In this document: one piece after another, positions 11,756 to 23,762 of the stretch
Position numbering within the stretch: position 1 is the stretch's first letter
Layout: each line of letters opens with the position of its first letter
DNA from: Basidiobolus ranarum
Taxonomy: Eukaryota
Assembly (NCBI GenBank): GCA_040143965.1
Contig: JASJQH010006909.1
Location: 1-42,553, forward strand
Direction: 5' to 3'
Length of the DNA: 42,553 nt
Program-made: the position numbers and the translations under genes
The notes under the pieces: generated by a model
Told to the model about the DNA's origin: nothing
The model's database searches: none
Seen by the model: the letters and a program-made list of their open reading frames with translations, nothing else

Positions 11756-12588
11756 TCTGAGAAAATCGACAAGTGTATCCCAAAGAGCGAGCAAAGAAAT
11801 AAGGTTATATGGGATTGTACAACGATGTCAAAGAGTAGAAAGAAAAATGGTAATTTGAATCAAGAGCCCTTATCAAAGACAAGTTGAATAAAAGGACACA
11901 ACTCACAAACTAGGACTTCAACTAAATTAGGCACAATTAAGTTCAATTTATTACATGGCTGTTACATGGACAATGAGAGAAAAAATTGATAAACACAGCT
12001 GATGATCCTATTCCAAATAATTATATATGTATAAGTTAACCCTAATGTAAGATAGCTCTTCTATGGCGCGGAGACTCATAGATTAACTAGTGAAATAGCG
12101 ATACCGCTACTATTGTTTTAGTGATAGACTGACTAAACAGGGGAATATCCTGATTGGTGGATGGGCATTTTCTCGGAATGCTCACTTTGCTCTCAAACCG
12201 AGTGTTATTGGAGTAGAGATCAGGCTTATCCACCACCTATCATGTCGACTATATTTTGGGCTACATTAATGTGAATACAAAACATCCGATTATGTGGCTG
12301 ATATCAGTTACATAAAGTATAGCGTAATGAGAGACGAGAATAATTAATGCGATATAGATATCCGATATTTGATATTTGAATGCAAACAATCACTATTTCC
12401 CTCCACCAATAAACGAAAGGTGGTGTAAGACAATGCTGCATGCACAAGTAACTTAATCGAACCCTACTTACGTGCTTTGTCGCTCTGTTGTGTTAGTTGA
12501 ATATTAACTTATTAATTAATGAACCACAGTATTCCGTATTCCATACAAGTGTTTATTAGATTGTACAAAAAATCCGAATATCCCGAGC

Positions 12589-13375
12589 TTAAGCCTTTTC
12601 AAACTTGGCTTCGATTTCCATGATACTAACTTCGTCATTAGACTAAAAGTACAAGAGGTTAGGAGGATAAAAACCAAACTTCAACAATGAACAGGTACCT
12701 TATCATCATAGTCGGCCCATTCTTGGTCCGATAAGTCGATCTCTTCGAAGGGAGTATTGGATTCAGCTCCTTTACAAACCCAACCATCCTATATAGGTAG
12801 ACTTAGTTTATGATTCATAATAAAAATATTCGTTCAGAAAAACATACTCTAGGTTCGAACTCCACAGGTTCCAGGCCACGACAATCTAAAGTGACCATAC
12901 GAGCGAAAGATCCAGAGTCTTCAATTGTGTATGGACGAACTTTTTGAGCTTCATCAAAAGCTAAATTAAAGGTTTAAGTACTCCAGAAATTGCAATAATT
13001 AAATATCAAGTATAAGTACTGGCAGAGCTTTCTCTCTTGCAAAACTTGCAGCGCATAACAAGGTTGGCTTCTCCACGACTGCCTGAAACGTCGGAAGTCT
13101 CTGTACGGTTGAGAGTGATCCAATTTTGGTCGACTTCATTACAACTATTGCACTTGATCTACGTTTGAAAGTAACCTGTTTAATGTAAAGAAAATGGCGA
13201 ATGAAAAGGATTACTTTTGAACCTTGAAATGCCAGTCATAATCATCGGATTCAGGCTTCAAGTCAGTCACATTGACGAGCTCAGCTTTAAACAATAGGTT
13301 GATTTTCTATAATTCGCAAAGTTTATATTCCTGTTCAGAAAAATTTGTCTCTACATGAACTAAACTTACCACCAT
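12589..13375 (-). CDS. DUF866 / CXXC zinc-binding protein (CZIB/C1orf123, yeast YCR090C-like); exons 13370-13375, 13223-13306, 13020-13158, 12848-12960, 12699-12788, 12589-12642
   Basis: Not in the ORF track. Manual splice gives [18 protein letters not shown]...[12 protein letters not shown]...[19 protein letters not shown]...[16 protein letters not shown]...[25 protein letters not shown]. Confidence 0.92.
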
Positions 13376-13772
13376 GGTATTCGACTTTTGGAGATATGAG
13401 CAAGTAGGGAAATGGCCACACTCCTTTCTGTATACCACAATGTAATCAAGTGAAAACAGTTTGATTTTTTTTTGAAGGAATCTGAACAATTTTCATGATT
13501 TTGCAACGTGATCCTAGGTATAGTAATATATAATATAGGATGAATATGAAAACATATGAAGCGTCTTTTATTAATCATTTAATCTAAATCACGCATATCA
13601 TATCCTTATGTTACAACGAAGAAACAAATAACTGATGAAGCAGATGATGTATGGGATGTGAGAAGTTGCTTGTTAAAGAGAATGTTGATGAAATGAAGTG
13701 AAGTGATGAAGTATATGGAGCAAAAATGCGTAGTAAGGAACAGTGACAATGTGTAGAAATGTGCAAATGCGA

Positions 13773-16244
13773 CTATTGCTGTACAATTTTGGATTCCTTC
13801 AGAAATTCAGTGTACAGTTGTGGGAAATGGGTTTTTAGATGCTGGTATACTTTTTGTACTTCTGTAGCTCGTTTTCGATGTTGCAGCGGAGTCAGTAGTG
13901 TTCGACATGTTTTCACACTTGGTTTAACTTGCATAAGTGGCATTTCGTCTACAAAGATCCGAATTGCTTCGTGGATTGCCTCGTGTCGACAGAGCGCCTC
14001 CATGTACGAGTTGAAGTTATTCTCGTCAAGTGAAAACCGTTCGTATTTAAGCGATTGCCAAGTAGACTGTAATGTCCGCAGGTCATTGTTGTATCCACAT
14101 GAATCCAATAGAACAGAGATGGTGCTGTTAAAGGAGGATTTGGGGAATGGGCGGGTTTTCACGTTATTCCAGAGATCTAATACCTTAGTACCTTCACCCA
14201 TCTGAGAATAGCAATGCATGATGATCGAGTAAGTGTGAGAATTAGCGGGGATATTGTTCTTGATCATCTCCCCGTATAATGCCAGACTTGTCTCATAAGT
14301 CTTCTTCTTGGCGTATCCATGCATCAAGGTGTTGTAGCTTATCGTAGAAGGGCCGTCCTCAGTCTTTGTCATCTCGTCAAAGACCTGTTGTGCCTTGACC
14401 AGATCGTGGTTTTTGACATACGCATTGACAAGTGAATTATAAGAAACTGTGTCGGGCTTGATTCCACATTCCTTCATTTCCTCCAAGAATCCATGGGCCC
14501 GAAAGACATCCGAGTGCTTTGCACAAATGTTGATCAACACATTAAAAGTAACCAAAGAAGGCTTTACTCTCGAATCGACCATGTCTTGGTAAACTGAGAG
14601 AGCTTGGTCCATTTGCGAATGCTCTCCAAAAGACTGGATTAAATTGGTGTAAATAACGGTATCCGGTTGAATATGACGTTTCCGCATCTCTGCATAGAGA
14701 TCTACAGCCTGCTCAAGAGAGGCGCACCTGGAGTATGTCTGAATGAGTGTAGAATAGATAATAGGACTCAGTGGAACTCGGTTGGTCAGCATATCTTGGT
14801 ACAGCTCTTGCACTTTGTCAATGTTCTGTTGCTTTCCGCAAGCATCAAGGAGAATGGAGTATATTACAGTATCAGGGCGTACTCCGGCCTTGAGCATATC
14901 TTTATAAGCATCTAGAGCCTTTCCAATGTTGTCACCTCTTATGTAGCCTCGTATGATACAAGAATAGGTTACAACATCGGGCGCAAGACTCTTGTGCTTC
15001 ATGTCTTGAACCAATTTAAATGCTGATTCAAGATCCCCGGATTGGGCAAAGCCATTAATTAAGGAGTTGTATATAACACGATCAGGTTTGACTTTAGAGT
15101 TGACCATCTCATTCAGAATGTCGAGGGCTTTTTGATTTTGTTGAACATTGAGGTGTCCATTGATAAGCAAAGAAAAGGTGACTACCGTGGGGTGTATCTT
15201 CAACTTCAACATATCCTGATAAAGTGATAATGCTCGGTCAATCTGCCGACTTTTGGTGAGTACGTTGATTAATGAATTGAATACAATGACGTCTGGAGTC
15301 AGATTTTGAGTCCACATCTCCTCATACAATCTCAATGCGCTATTCCAATCTTTTCGAGAGGCGTATCCGTTGAGGAGGATGGAAAATGTGAAAATATCTG
15401 CTACAAGTCCTTGTGCCCGCATCTCTTCATAGATCTGCCCCGCCTTTTCAACATTACCTAGTTTGGTGTAAGCGTCAATAAGAATATTATAGGTCATCAG
15501 AGAGGGCTTAAGACCATTCTCCTGCATATTCCGATGGATTTTGCTGAGTAAATCTCCAAACTTATGCCTCTTACACAGACGGAGCAGAATGTGATATGTC
15601 GCTCTGTTCGGTGTAAAGTCACTCTTCATGTTAGTCTGGAATATTTCGAATGCTCGGTAAGGTTTGTTGAAACCTACACTGTCAATCAATGTATTGTATG
15701 CATGGGTGTTAAGTCGTAAGCCTTGCATTTTTATACCTTCCAGAAGTACACCTGCTTGCTCAATCTCTCCATGCCTTTCATAAAATGAAATTAAAGAGAT
15801 ATTCTGTAATGGTGTGTTGAATTGGACCTTGCTTCGTTTCATAGTTTCTATGATAGTTTTTCCTTTGGATTGACTGTAACTAAATAAAGCGAGAACCTTT
15901 GAATAGTTCTCTGGAGAAATAAGAAGTTCCGGCTGCTTTTCTTTTAAAGATAAAAATAACTCCCAAGCCAGTTTTCTGTCCTTCTTTCTTACAGCTTTTA
16001 TCAGTGCTTCGGGCGTAGCTATAGGGTCAGAGGATAGTTGTTTTGGAAGACATTGCTCTCTAGTTTGATGTATAGATTGACTCTGAGTATGACCCACTTG
16101 ACTCAAGAAGCGGGGCTTCGAGGAAGCGGATTTAGGTTCGAAAGTAACACTTGTTCGATGGTGAAATGTGTGGGAAAGTCTTAAGGTACAGCAACGAGAG
16201 ATGATACCAAACCGTTTAGTTAATACCGGAAACGGCCTCAACAT
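13773..16244 (-). CDS. Pentatricopeptide repeat (P-type PPR) protein, 823 aa, probably mitochondrial
   Basis: At least 14 tandem ~35-aa repeats (e.g. RVIYNSLINGFAQSGDLESAFKLVQDMKHKSLAPD). Arg/Ser-rich, acid-poor N-terminus from ATG 16244. Intronless. Confidence 0.93.
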   Translation of the reverse strand: MLRPFPVLTKRFGIISRCCTLRLSHTFHHRTSVTFEPKSASSKPRFLSQVGHTQSQSIHQTREQCLPKQLSSDPIATPEALIKAVRKKDRKLAWELFLSLKEKQPELLISPENYSKVLALFSYSQSKGKTIIETMKRSKVQFNTPLQNISLISFYERHGEIEQAGVLLEGIKMQGLRLNTHAYNTLIDSVGFNKPYRAFEIFQTNMKSDFTPNRATYHILLRLCKRHKFGDLLSKIHRNMQENGLKPSLMTYNILIDAYTKLGNVEKAGQIYEEMRAQGLVADIFTFSILLNGYASRKDWNSALRLYEEMWTQNLTPDVIVFNSLINVLTKSRQIDRALSLYQDMLKLKIHPTVVTFSLLINGHLNVQQNQKALDILNEMVNSKVKPDRVIYNSLINGFAQSGDLESAFKLVQDMKHKSLAPDVVTYSCIIRGYIRGDNIGKALDAYKDMLKAGVRPDTVIYSILLDACGKQQNIDKVQELYQDMLTNRVPLSPIIYSTLIQTYSRCASLEQAVDLYAEMRKRHIQPDTVIYTNLIQSFGEHSQMDQALSVYQDMVDSRVKPSLVTFNVLINICAKHSDVFRAHGFLEEMKECGIKPDTVSYNSLVNAYVKNHDLVKAQQVFDEMTKTEDGPSTISYNTLMHGYAKKKTYETSLALYGEMIKNNIPANSHTYSIIMHCYSQMGEGTKVLDLWNNVKTRPFPKSSFNSTISVLLDSCGYNNDLRTLQSTWQSLKYERFSLDENNFNSYMEALCRHEAIHEAIRIFVDEMPLMQVKPSVKTCRTLLTPLQHRKRATEVQKVYQHLKTHFPQLYTEFLKESKIVQQ

Positions 16245-16428
16245 ATTAGCGATGGGGAAGTAAATACTTATCTTCCGCCAAAATGAATGATCGACTAATA
16301 AAAAACCTGAAAATGACTCGAGCTCTATTACCACGATTGAACACAAAGTAATACGTCTTTAACCGTCAATCATGAAATTGGACTTATCAGACCAGTTTCC
16401 CAAAAGCTACCCAAAAGGTTGTATGAAA

Positions 16429-16525
16429 TGAAAATTTTACGAATGCATGAAATTCTGAGTGATCGAGCGCAGCTTAATCTGATCGACAAAACAGTTCAGA
16501 GCTGATGAGCCACTGGATGAGCTGA
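16429..16525 (+). promoter_or_regulatory. RRPE (TGAAAATTTT, 16429-16438) plus two PAC cores (GATGAG 16504-16509; GATGAGCTGA 16516-16525) in the PPR/DIM1 divergent promoter
   Basis: Motifs seen directly. RRPE upstream of PAC is the known layout of yeast ribosome-biogenesis promoters, and DIM1 is such a gene. Confidence 0.5.
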
Positions 16526-16917
16526 TATGATTTATTTATGGTTTAAGAAAAGGTTACTTCACTTTAACTAGCAAAGATGTATGTCGATAGCAGGAAAAGC
16601 ATGTCATCGTGAAGTTCTTTTGTTGGTCATTAGTTGGTTTTGTTACACTCTACTAGCATCTGTCCTTACTCTTACATCTTTGCTTATTGTCAGATAAATA
16701 GGTTAAAATCAGTATATTATATGGCATCCAATGATTTGACTGCTTTTATTGAGACGAACTTAAACTATATTAACAAATTTATAGAAACTAAAAAAACGAA
16801 GAAAAAATCTGGTATTTGAGTGGTTTTTTTTCTTTTTTCAATATTACTATGGAATAGACCGATTTGCATAGACAGTCGTTTTATTCTCTGAAAGACATCG
16901 GCCAAGTTTCTATACCA

Positions 16918-18456
<1,539 letters not shown>

Positions 18457-18737
18457 AATACTATTTCTTTAAGAATAATAATGCTTTTTTATATTTTTGA
18501 CATGGCATATTTTTTAAACACAAGAATTACTAGAAAAATAATTAAAATCTCTATGTACTATTTGTAAAAAGTCAAAATAAAGGTTGCTTAATAGGGTACA
18601 CGTAGAGACGAATTATCTTCTGAATTCTCTTTTCAGTTATATACAATACTAAAGGAGCAATACAAGCTTACATGGTTTGGTAGCTTTTGGGTCAGTATAC
18701 ATGATTATGCTTTCAAAGTGAAATGACCATGGTAATC

Positions 18738-19821
18738 TCAATGGTCGTCAGTACATTTAACATGGTCATCGTCGATTGTAGAGTAGAGATGGCCTTCCTT
18801 TATCAACCATGTGGCAGCATAACTAGGTTTTGAAGGAGTGAGAAGAGTTTCGAGTGCAAAATGAGGTTATACATTACCTTATCTCCTCTGTAGGGAAGTG
18901 ACCAACCAACGATTGGCTTAGACTAGCAATATGCATTCCTTCGTTTGTGTCAGGACCGGACTTTACAACATCAATTATCATTCGTTGTAATGGAGAGAAT
19001 CCATTATTGTAGTTATAGGCACTACTTCTTGCAAAGTCGCTCATTTCCATTTTAATATTCGTGGAATTGAGATGTTCCCGATTTCCTTGTACACTCTAAT
19101 AGCTGAATTAATTCTCAACGTGATTGACCGTTATCAAAGGATCATCACTTACCCCGGCGTTTCTTGTACGAGATAGGTGGCAATGAAGGGTTTCCAATAA
19201 GTGTGCAGTAACTTCATTGAAATCAACAATGGGCCGGAGTAGAAAAGCAAGTATATATCTCTTGTTTGAACAGGCTCTGACCGTACCAGTTACACGAACA
19301 TATACACCTCGGCTAGCAGAGTTCAGTCACATTGGGTTATGGGTATGCTAGAATGATTTGTCATACCTTAATTCCCCGCGTGTTTGAAGCTGATGGTACA
19401 AATCATCACTAGGAAAGGCACGAATATCTATTGAACCAGTACCATCTTCGACTACAAGGGATATATGTGTAGGCTGCTCGGAGATTGCACGAATGATACC
19501 TACAAAAGTGACCTTTTAAAGTTTAATTAACATCGTTTTCGACTCATACATTAGAGAGATGAGTAACTTGTGTAATCTCAACATTGTCTAATCTAAAAGG
19601 TGTTTCCAACGTTACTGGATCCATATTAAGAAGTTGCTTAATGGTCACTGGACTTAGGGTTTGGTTTCCAGCATGTCTTCTCTAGGAGTAGTGAGCCACC
19701 ATTAGAGAAAGGTAGAAATGTCCGTAAATATGGGACCAACCTTGGCACCGGAAGAATCAAGTATTACATTCGAATCTCCATGAGCTTCTGCATGGTTCTC
19801 ATACGCCATAAATCCGTACAT
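18738..19821 (-). CDS. RFA2: Replication protein A 32-kDa subunit (OB fold + winged helix), multi-exon; start uncertain (19821 or 19873)
   Basis: Manual splice gives QTLSPVTIKQLL, VTFVGIIR, VEDGTGSI, YVRVTG, LRPIVDFNEVTAHLLETL and C-terminal EGHLYSTIDDDH; TGA at 18738-18740. Confidence 0.88.
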
Positions 19822-20036
19822 TAAAGAAGAACTTACAACTAGAATTATTGGTTCTAGACTTGTCCAACAACATGACTTCAGGTATTGATGGGAATCAGAC
19901 AACAATGTTGGATGACAAGGCGCAGCAATTGGTAAACAACAACCATTTGGACGCGAGTGGCGGAGTCGAGTGACCGAATCAATGGGGGTCTTAGTGATGA
20001 AAAGATGATTTATTTAAAAATACGTATAATTATATG

Positions 20037-21059
20037 TTATTCTTTTACATTGGCAAGCGAGGTAGGTAATTCGTGAATGGTTTGAGTAATATAACCACCA
20101 GCTTTATGCTTGCCAGCTGGGGCAGGGATTCTTCGATTCCAGAACTCGTCGAAGCGTTCACGACAATTATTACGTGCGTCTATCCAGCACCCGGCAAAAT
20201 GTATCAGGAAATCACCTTCGTGATAGGTATGAACTGCATCCATATCACCACAAGCCTCCGGAGGGAACGCGTTAAATTTTCGTTGATTCACAAAGTAGAA
20301 TCGATCGGCGACCTCTTCGTCAGTCTGATAGAGGAATTGGAACACTCCCTGCTCTGCGTAACCAAAACGATATGCGAACTCGGGGGCGTATACACGCTGT
20401 AAGAAATTTTGAGTCCAAGGTGAGTTGTGAATCATAAAGCTACCAGCATTCATGCCATTACAATCCCAGGAGATGACAAACTCTTTTTGAGCATACTTGG
20501 GTTGTGTCAAGTTCCCTAGGATGTGTTCTTCAAGTTTAAGGAAAGGATCTAAGATAACCGTGTCGATATCTATCCACCAAAACCACTTGATATCGGGATT
20601 GCTTTTCATGTGCTTCAAAAGAGTTAGGATCTTCCCCCAGGCCTGAATCATTGTTTATTAGCTCAATGGTAAGAGTAGACATAGAAAATGGTCACTTACT
20701 GGAACACGGGAGTTATCGTATATCCCATCCTCAATATAATGATAGCCGTGAAACCTCGCATATTCTTCTTTGTTATGAGCTGATCTTGGTAAATAATGAG
20801 ACTCTGCGTTGTTGAAGGCGACAACTACGGCGATTTCTTCAGGGCGAACCATGGGTAGAGGACCCTCTGTTGTGGTGTCCAGTCCTAATGCAGTTTTAGC
20901 GCGATGTGCTACATTGGCTTTGTGAGAGCTCGGTATTAAAGTAATGGTTATGACCAATAGAATAAATAGGCCAAGTATGTAGTAGCGCCTGGGCAAACGA
21001 CGTCCTTGCATAGATAGATTGTCCTTTGTATATGTAGAACGGCCGAAAGTCACCGACAT
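20037..21059 (-). CDS. GT34 (GMA12/MNN10-family) Golgi glycosyltransferase; exons 20700-21059, 20037-20642
   Basis: Type II transmembrane anchor YYILGLFILLVITITLI; NKEEYARFHGY, AWGKI, WFWWIDID (DxD), GMNAGSF, EQ, GDFLIHFAGC. Intron 20643-20699. Confidence 0.92.
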
Positions 21060-21625
21060 CTTGATTATGGTAATCCAGTACCAGAAGCTATTTATCTCTA
21101 CGGCAAAGATACTATCAACTTTTATAGAGATCACGCAAGCCCAAGCTTGAGCTATCTTTACGACAAACAATTTAAGCTCATTGGAAGGCATCTATGAAAC
21201 GTCGCCAAGTGGTGATTCATGTTGCCATGGGTTCTTGTTGTTGTTCTTAGGGTATTTGCTGACGGGGCTTTGCAAGTAGATATCTTTATCAACATTCACT
21301 AATTGCTGGTAAATGCCGCGATGATTCCGACAGGTCTATAGGTCAAGTTTCTTTGTACTTATTTGTCCAACGTTTACTATGTGTGTTTACAACCTAAATC
21401 AATATAAATATCTGATTGTGGGGTATATTTAGACATCACTCGATTGTCAGCCAATCATGTAGATGGAATATCAAAAATGGCTTGATGAACGGTCAAGTCG
21501 ATAGAGCTAAATTGTATAAGTCAGGTGCGGTGGCTCTCAATTTCCACTAAAGGGTATTGGTCGAAGGCTAAGGCGATATTCCCGTTAGGGGGATTTTATC
21601 TGGGGTTGCAATTCGGTGGCGTGTG

Positions 21626-21651
21626 AGGGTTAGGGTTAGGGTAATGGTTAG
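21626..21651 (+). repeat. Short interstitial telomere-like (TTAGGG) tract
   Basis: agggttagggttagggtaatggttag in the divergent promoter. Confidence 0.6.
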
Positions 21652-22018
21652 AATGACCATCGAATATTATGCAGTAGAGGAATTGTGCATGCCATTTGCT
21701 TTGTTCACTATGAGGCCTAGGTTCTTAATTACTGCTTTTCACTTCACGGTAATTGATTGGACAGTTACACGGCTATCGCTTTCTTAACTCGATTCACACG
21801 ACTCGGTTAAGTACTAGAATTATTCTCAGCTTGAAAATAATTACTATTGATGACATATTGTTTGACAGCTTTCAATTAATTTTGTATTGATTCGGAAGCT
21901 GATGGACGGATAATTGCTACTTGTGGTTACTTAAAAAGGTTTGGACCGCTCGAGACCACCCAGTGAGTATAAAAATCCTGGAGTGTAGGTTGAATTTAGT
22001 TGTCATACTATTTGCAAT

Positions 22019-23461
22019 ATGAATTCTTTGCGTCAGTCCGCTCTTCGTGGTAGTTCTCTCAATAGAGCGTTATTCCTAACCTCCAAACGTACCCTCTTTA
22101 CCAGGAAAACTCCCAAAATCGTTACTCCAGAGGAGGCAGTATCGGTAGTTAAGGATAATGATCGTATCTACCTCCATGGTGTTGCAGCTTTCCCTCGTAC
22201 TCTATCACTTGCACTTGCACAACGTTATAAAGAGCTAAAAAACGTTGAGTGCATTCACATTCATATTGAGGCCTCTAACCCTTGCTGTCCTCTTACTGCC
22301 ACTACTGAAATGAAAGATCAGTTTGCTGTCCCTCCAACTTTGGAGGAAATGAAAAAGGCCTTCTTCGTTAACAACTTCTTTGTTGGTGCCAACCAAAGAA
22401 AGGCTGTTCAAGAAGGTCTCAGCAGTTATGTACCATGCTTCCTCAGTGAGTTACCTGCTTTAATGCGTCGTGATATTGTTCGTCCCAACGTGGCCCTTCT
22501 TAATGTCTCTCCTCCAAACAAGCATGGTTATGTTTCCCTTGGTGTTGAAGCCTGTACCTCTTTAGCTGCTGTTGAAACTGCCGATATCGTTATTGCTCAA
22601 ATCAATCCTAATATGCCACGTACACACGGTGATTCTTTGATCAGCATTAACAACTTCGATTACATTGTTCCCGATGTCGACGAGAAACTCCCAGAGCACT
22701 TCAGTGGCGCCATGACACAACAGGATCGTGATATTGGTAGAATCATCGCTGGACTCATCGATGATGGTGCCACCCTTCAAATGGGTATCGGGTCTATTCC
22801 TAACGCTGTATTGGCCTCTCTCACTAACCATAAGAACTTGGGTGTACATACTGAAATGTTCCAAGAAGGACTTATTCCACTTATGGAGAGCGGTGTAATT
22901 ACCAACAGAAACAAGAAATTCATGCCAGGCAAGGTAGTCACATCATTCGTTGTTGGTAGCAAGGTTCTATACGACTACATTGATGACAACCCAGAGATCA
23001 GCTTCGTTGACGTGAGTGTTACAAATAGTCCCGTTGTAATTTCCAGTAATCCCAAGGTTGCCGCTATTAACGCTGCCGTCGAGGTTGATATTACTGGTCA
23101 GGTCTGTGCTGATTCTATCGGTACCCGTCATATTTCCGGTGTCGGAGGTCAAGTTGACTTTGAACGTGGTGCCGCTATGAGTGAGGGAGGTATTCCCATC
23201 ATTTGCCTTCCCTCAACTACCCGAGTGAAGGGTGATCCTAATGCTGTTGGCCACTCGAAGATTGTCAACACTCTCAAACTCGGTGCTGGTGTTGTTACCT
23301 CTAGATACCATGCTCACTACATCGTTACTGAATACGGTTATGCTTTCCTCTTCGGCAAGAATTTGTTACAAAGAGCCAGAGCTATGATCGATATTGCCCA
23401 TCCTGATCACCGTGAGCAACTTCATAAGGAAGCCTTCGAGCGTTACAAGGTCTTGGTCTAA
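22019..23461 (+). CDS. Acetyl-CoA hydrolase/CoA-transferase, 4-hydroxybutyrate CoA-transferase / ASCT-IB type, with mitochondrial presequence
   Basis: DGATLQMGIGSIP, LGVHTEMF, EVDITGQVCADSIG, SGVGGQVDF, VTEYG. Arg/Ser/Leu-rich N-terminus. Intronless, 480 aa. Confidence 0.93.
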   Translation: MNSLRQSALRGSSLNRALFLTSKRTLFTRKTPKIVTPEEAVSVVKDNDRIYLHGVAAFPRTLSLALAQRYKELKNVECIHIHIEASNPCCPLTATTEMKDQFAVPPTLEEMKKAFFVNNFFVGANQRKAVQEGLSSYVPCFLSELPALMRRDIVRPNVALLNVSPPNKHGYVSLGVEACTSLAAVETADIVIAQINPNMPRTHGDSLISINNFDYIVPDVDEKLPEHFSGAMTQQDRDIGRIIAGLIDDGATLQMGIGSIPNAVLASLTNHKNLGVHTEMFQEGLIPLMESGVITNRNKKFMPGKVVTSFVVGSKVLYDYIDDNPEISFVDVSVTNSPVVISSNPKVAAINAAVEVDITGQVCADSIGTRHISGVGGQVDFERGAAMSEGGIPIICLPSTTRVKGDPNAVGHSKIVNTLKLGAGVVTSRYHAHYIVTEYGYAFLFGKNLLQRARAMIDIAHPDHREQLHKEAFERYKVLV

Positions 23462-23762
23462 CTTCCAACTCTCATTTCATCATCTTTGCAAAAATATCAT
23501 CTCAGCATTAACTTTTTATTTCTCGTAAAATAAACTCCACTACTTTCATCTCCAAGAATTTTCATTTTACAGAGTCGTTGGATATCTGTGATAACAATCT
23601 TGACTATTTTGGAATGGGTGTTCGCTAGAAGCAGATTTAAGGATGCAAAGATTCAGAGGCAGATAATAGAAGCAGGGTTAAGGTTAAAAGGACCATTTAT
23701 TCTTAACTGACAAACACGTGATCAAATATTAGATTTAAAGTAATTACTGAAGATTTATTGAT

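Noticed and set aside
14230-15500. Predicted PPR target resembles conserved SSU rRNA segments (e.g. UGCGUAGAGAUC)
   Set aside because: It needs a gap, several code positions are ambiguous, and the organism's mitochondrial rRNA is not available here.
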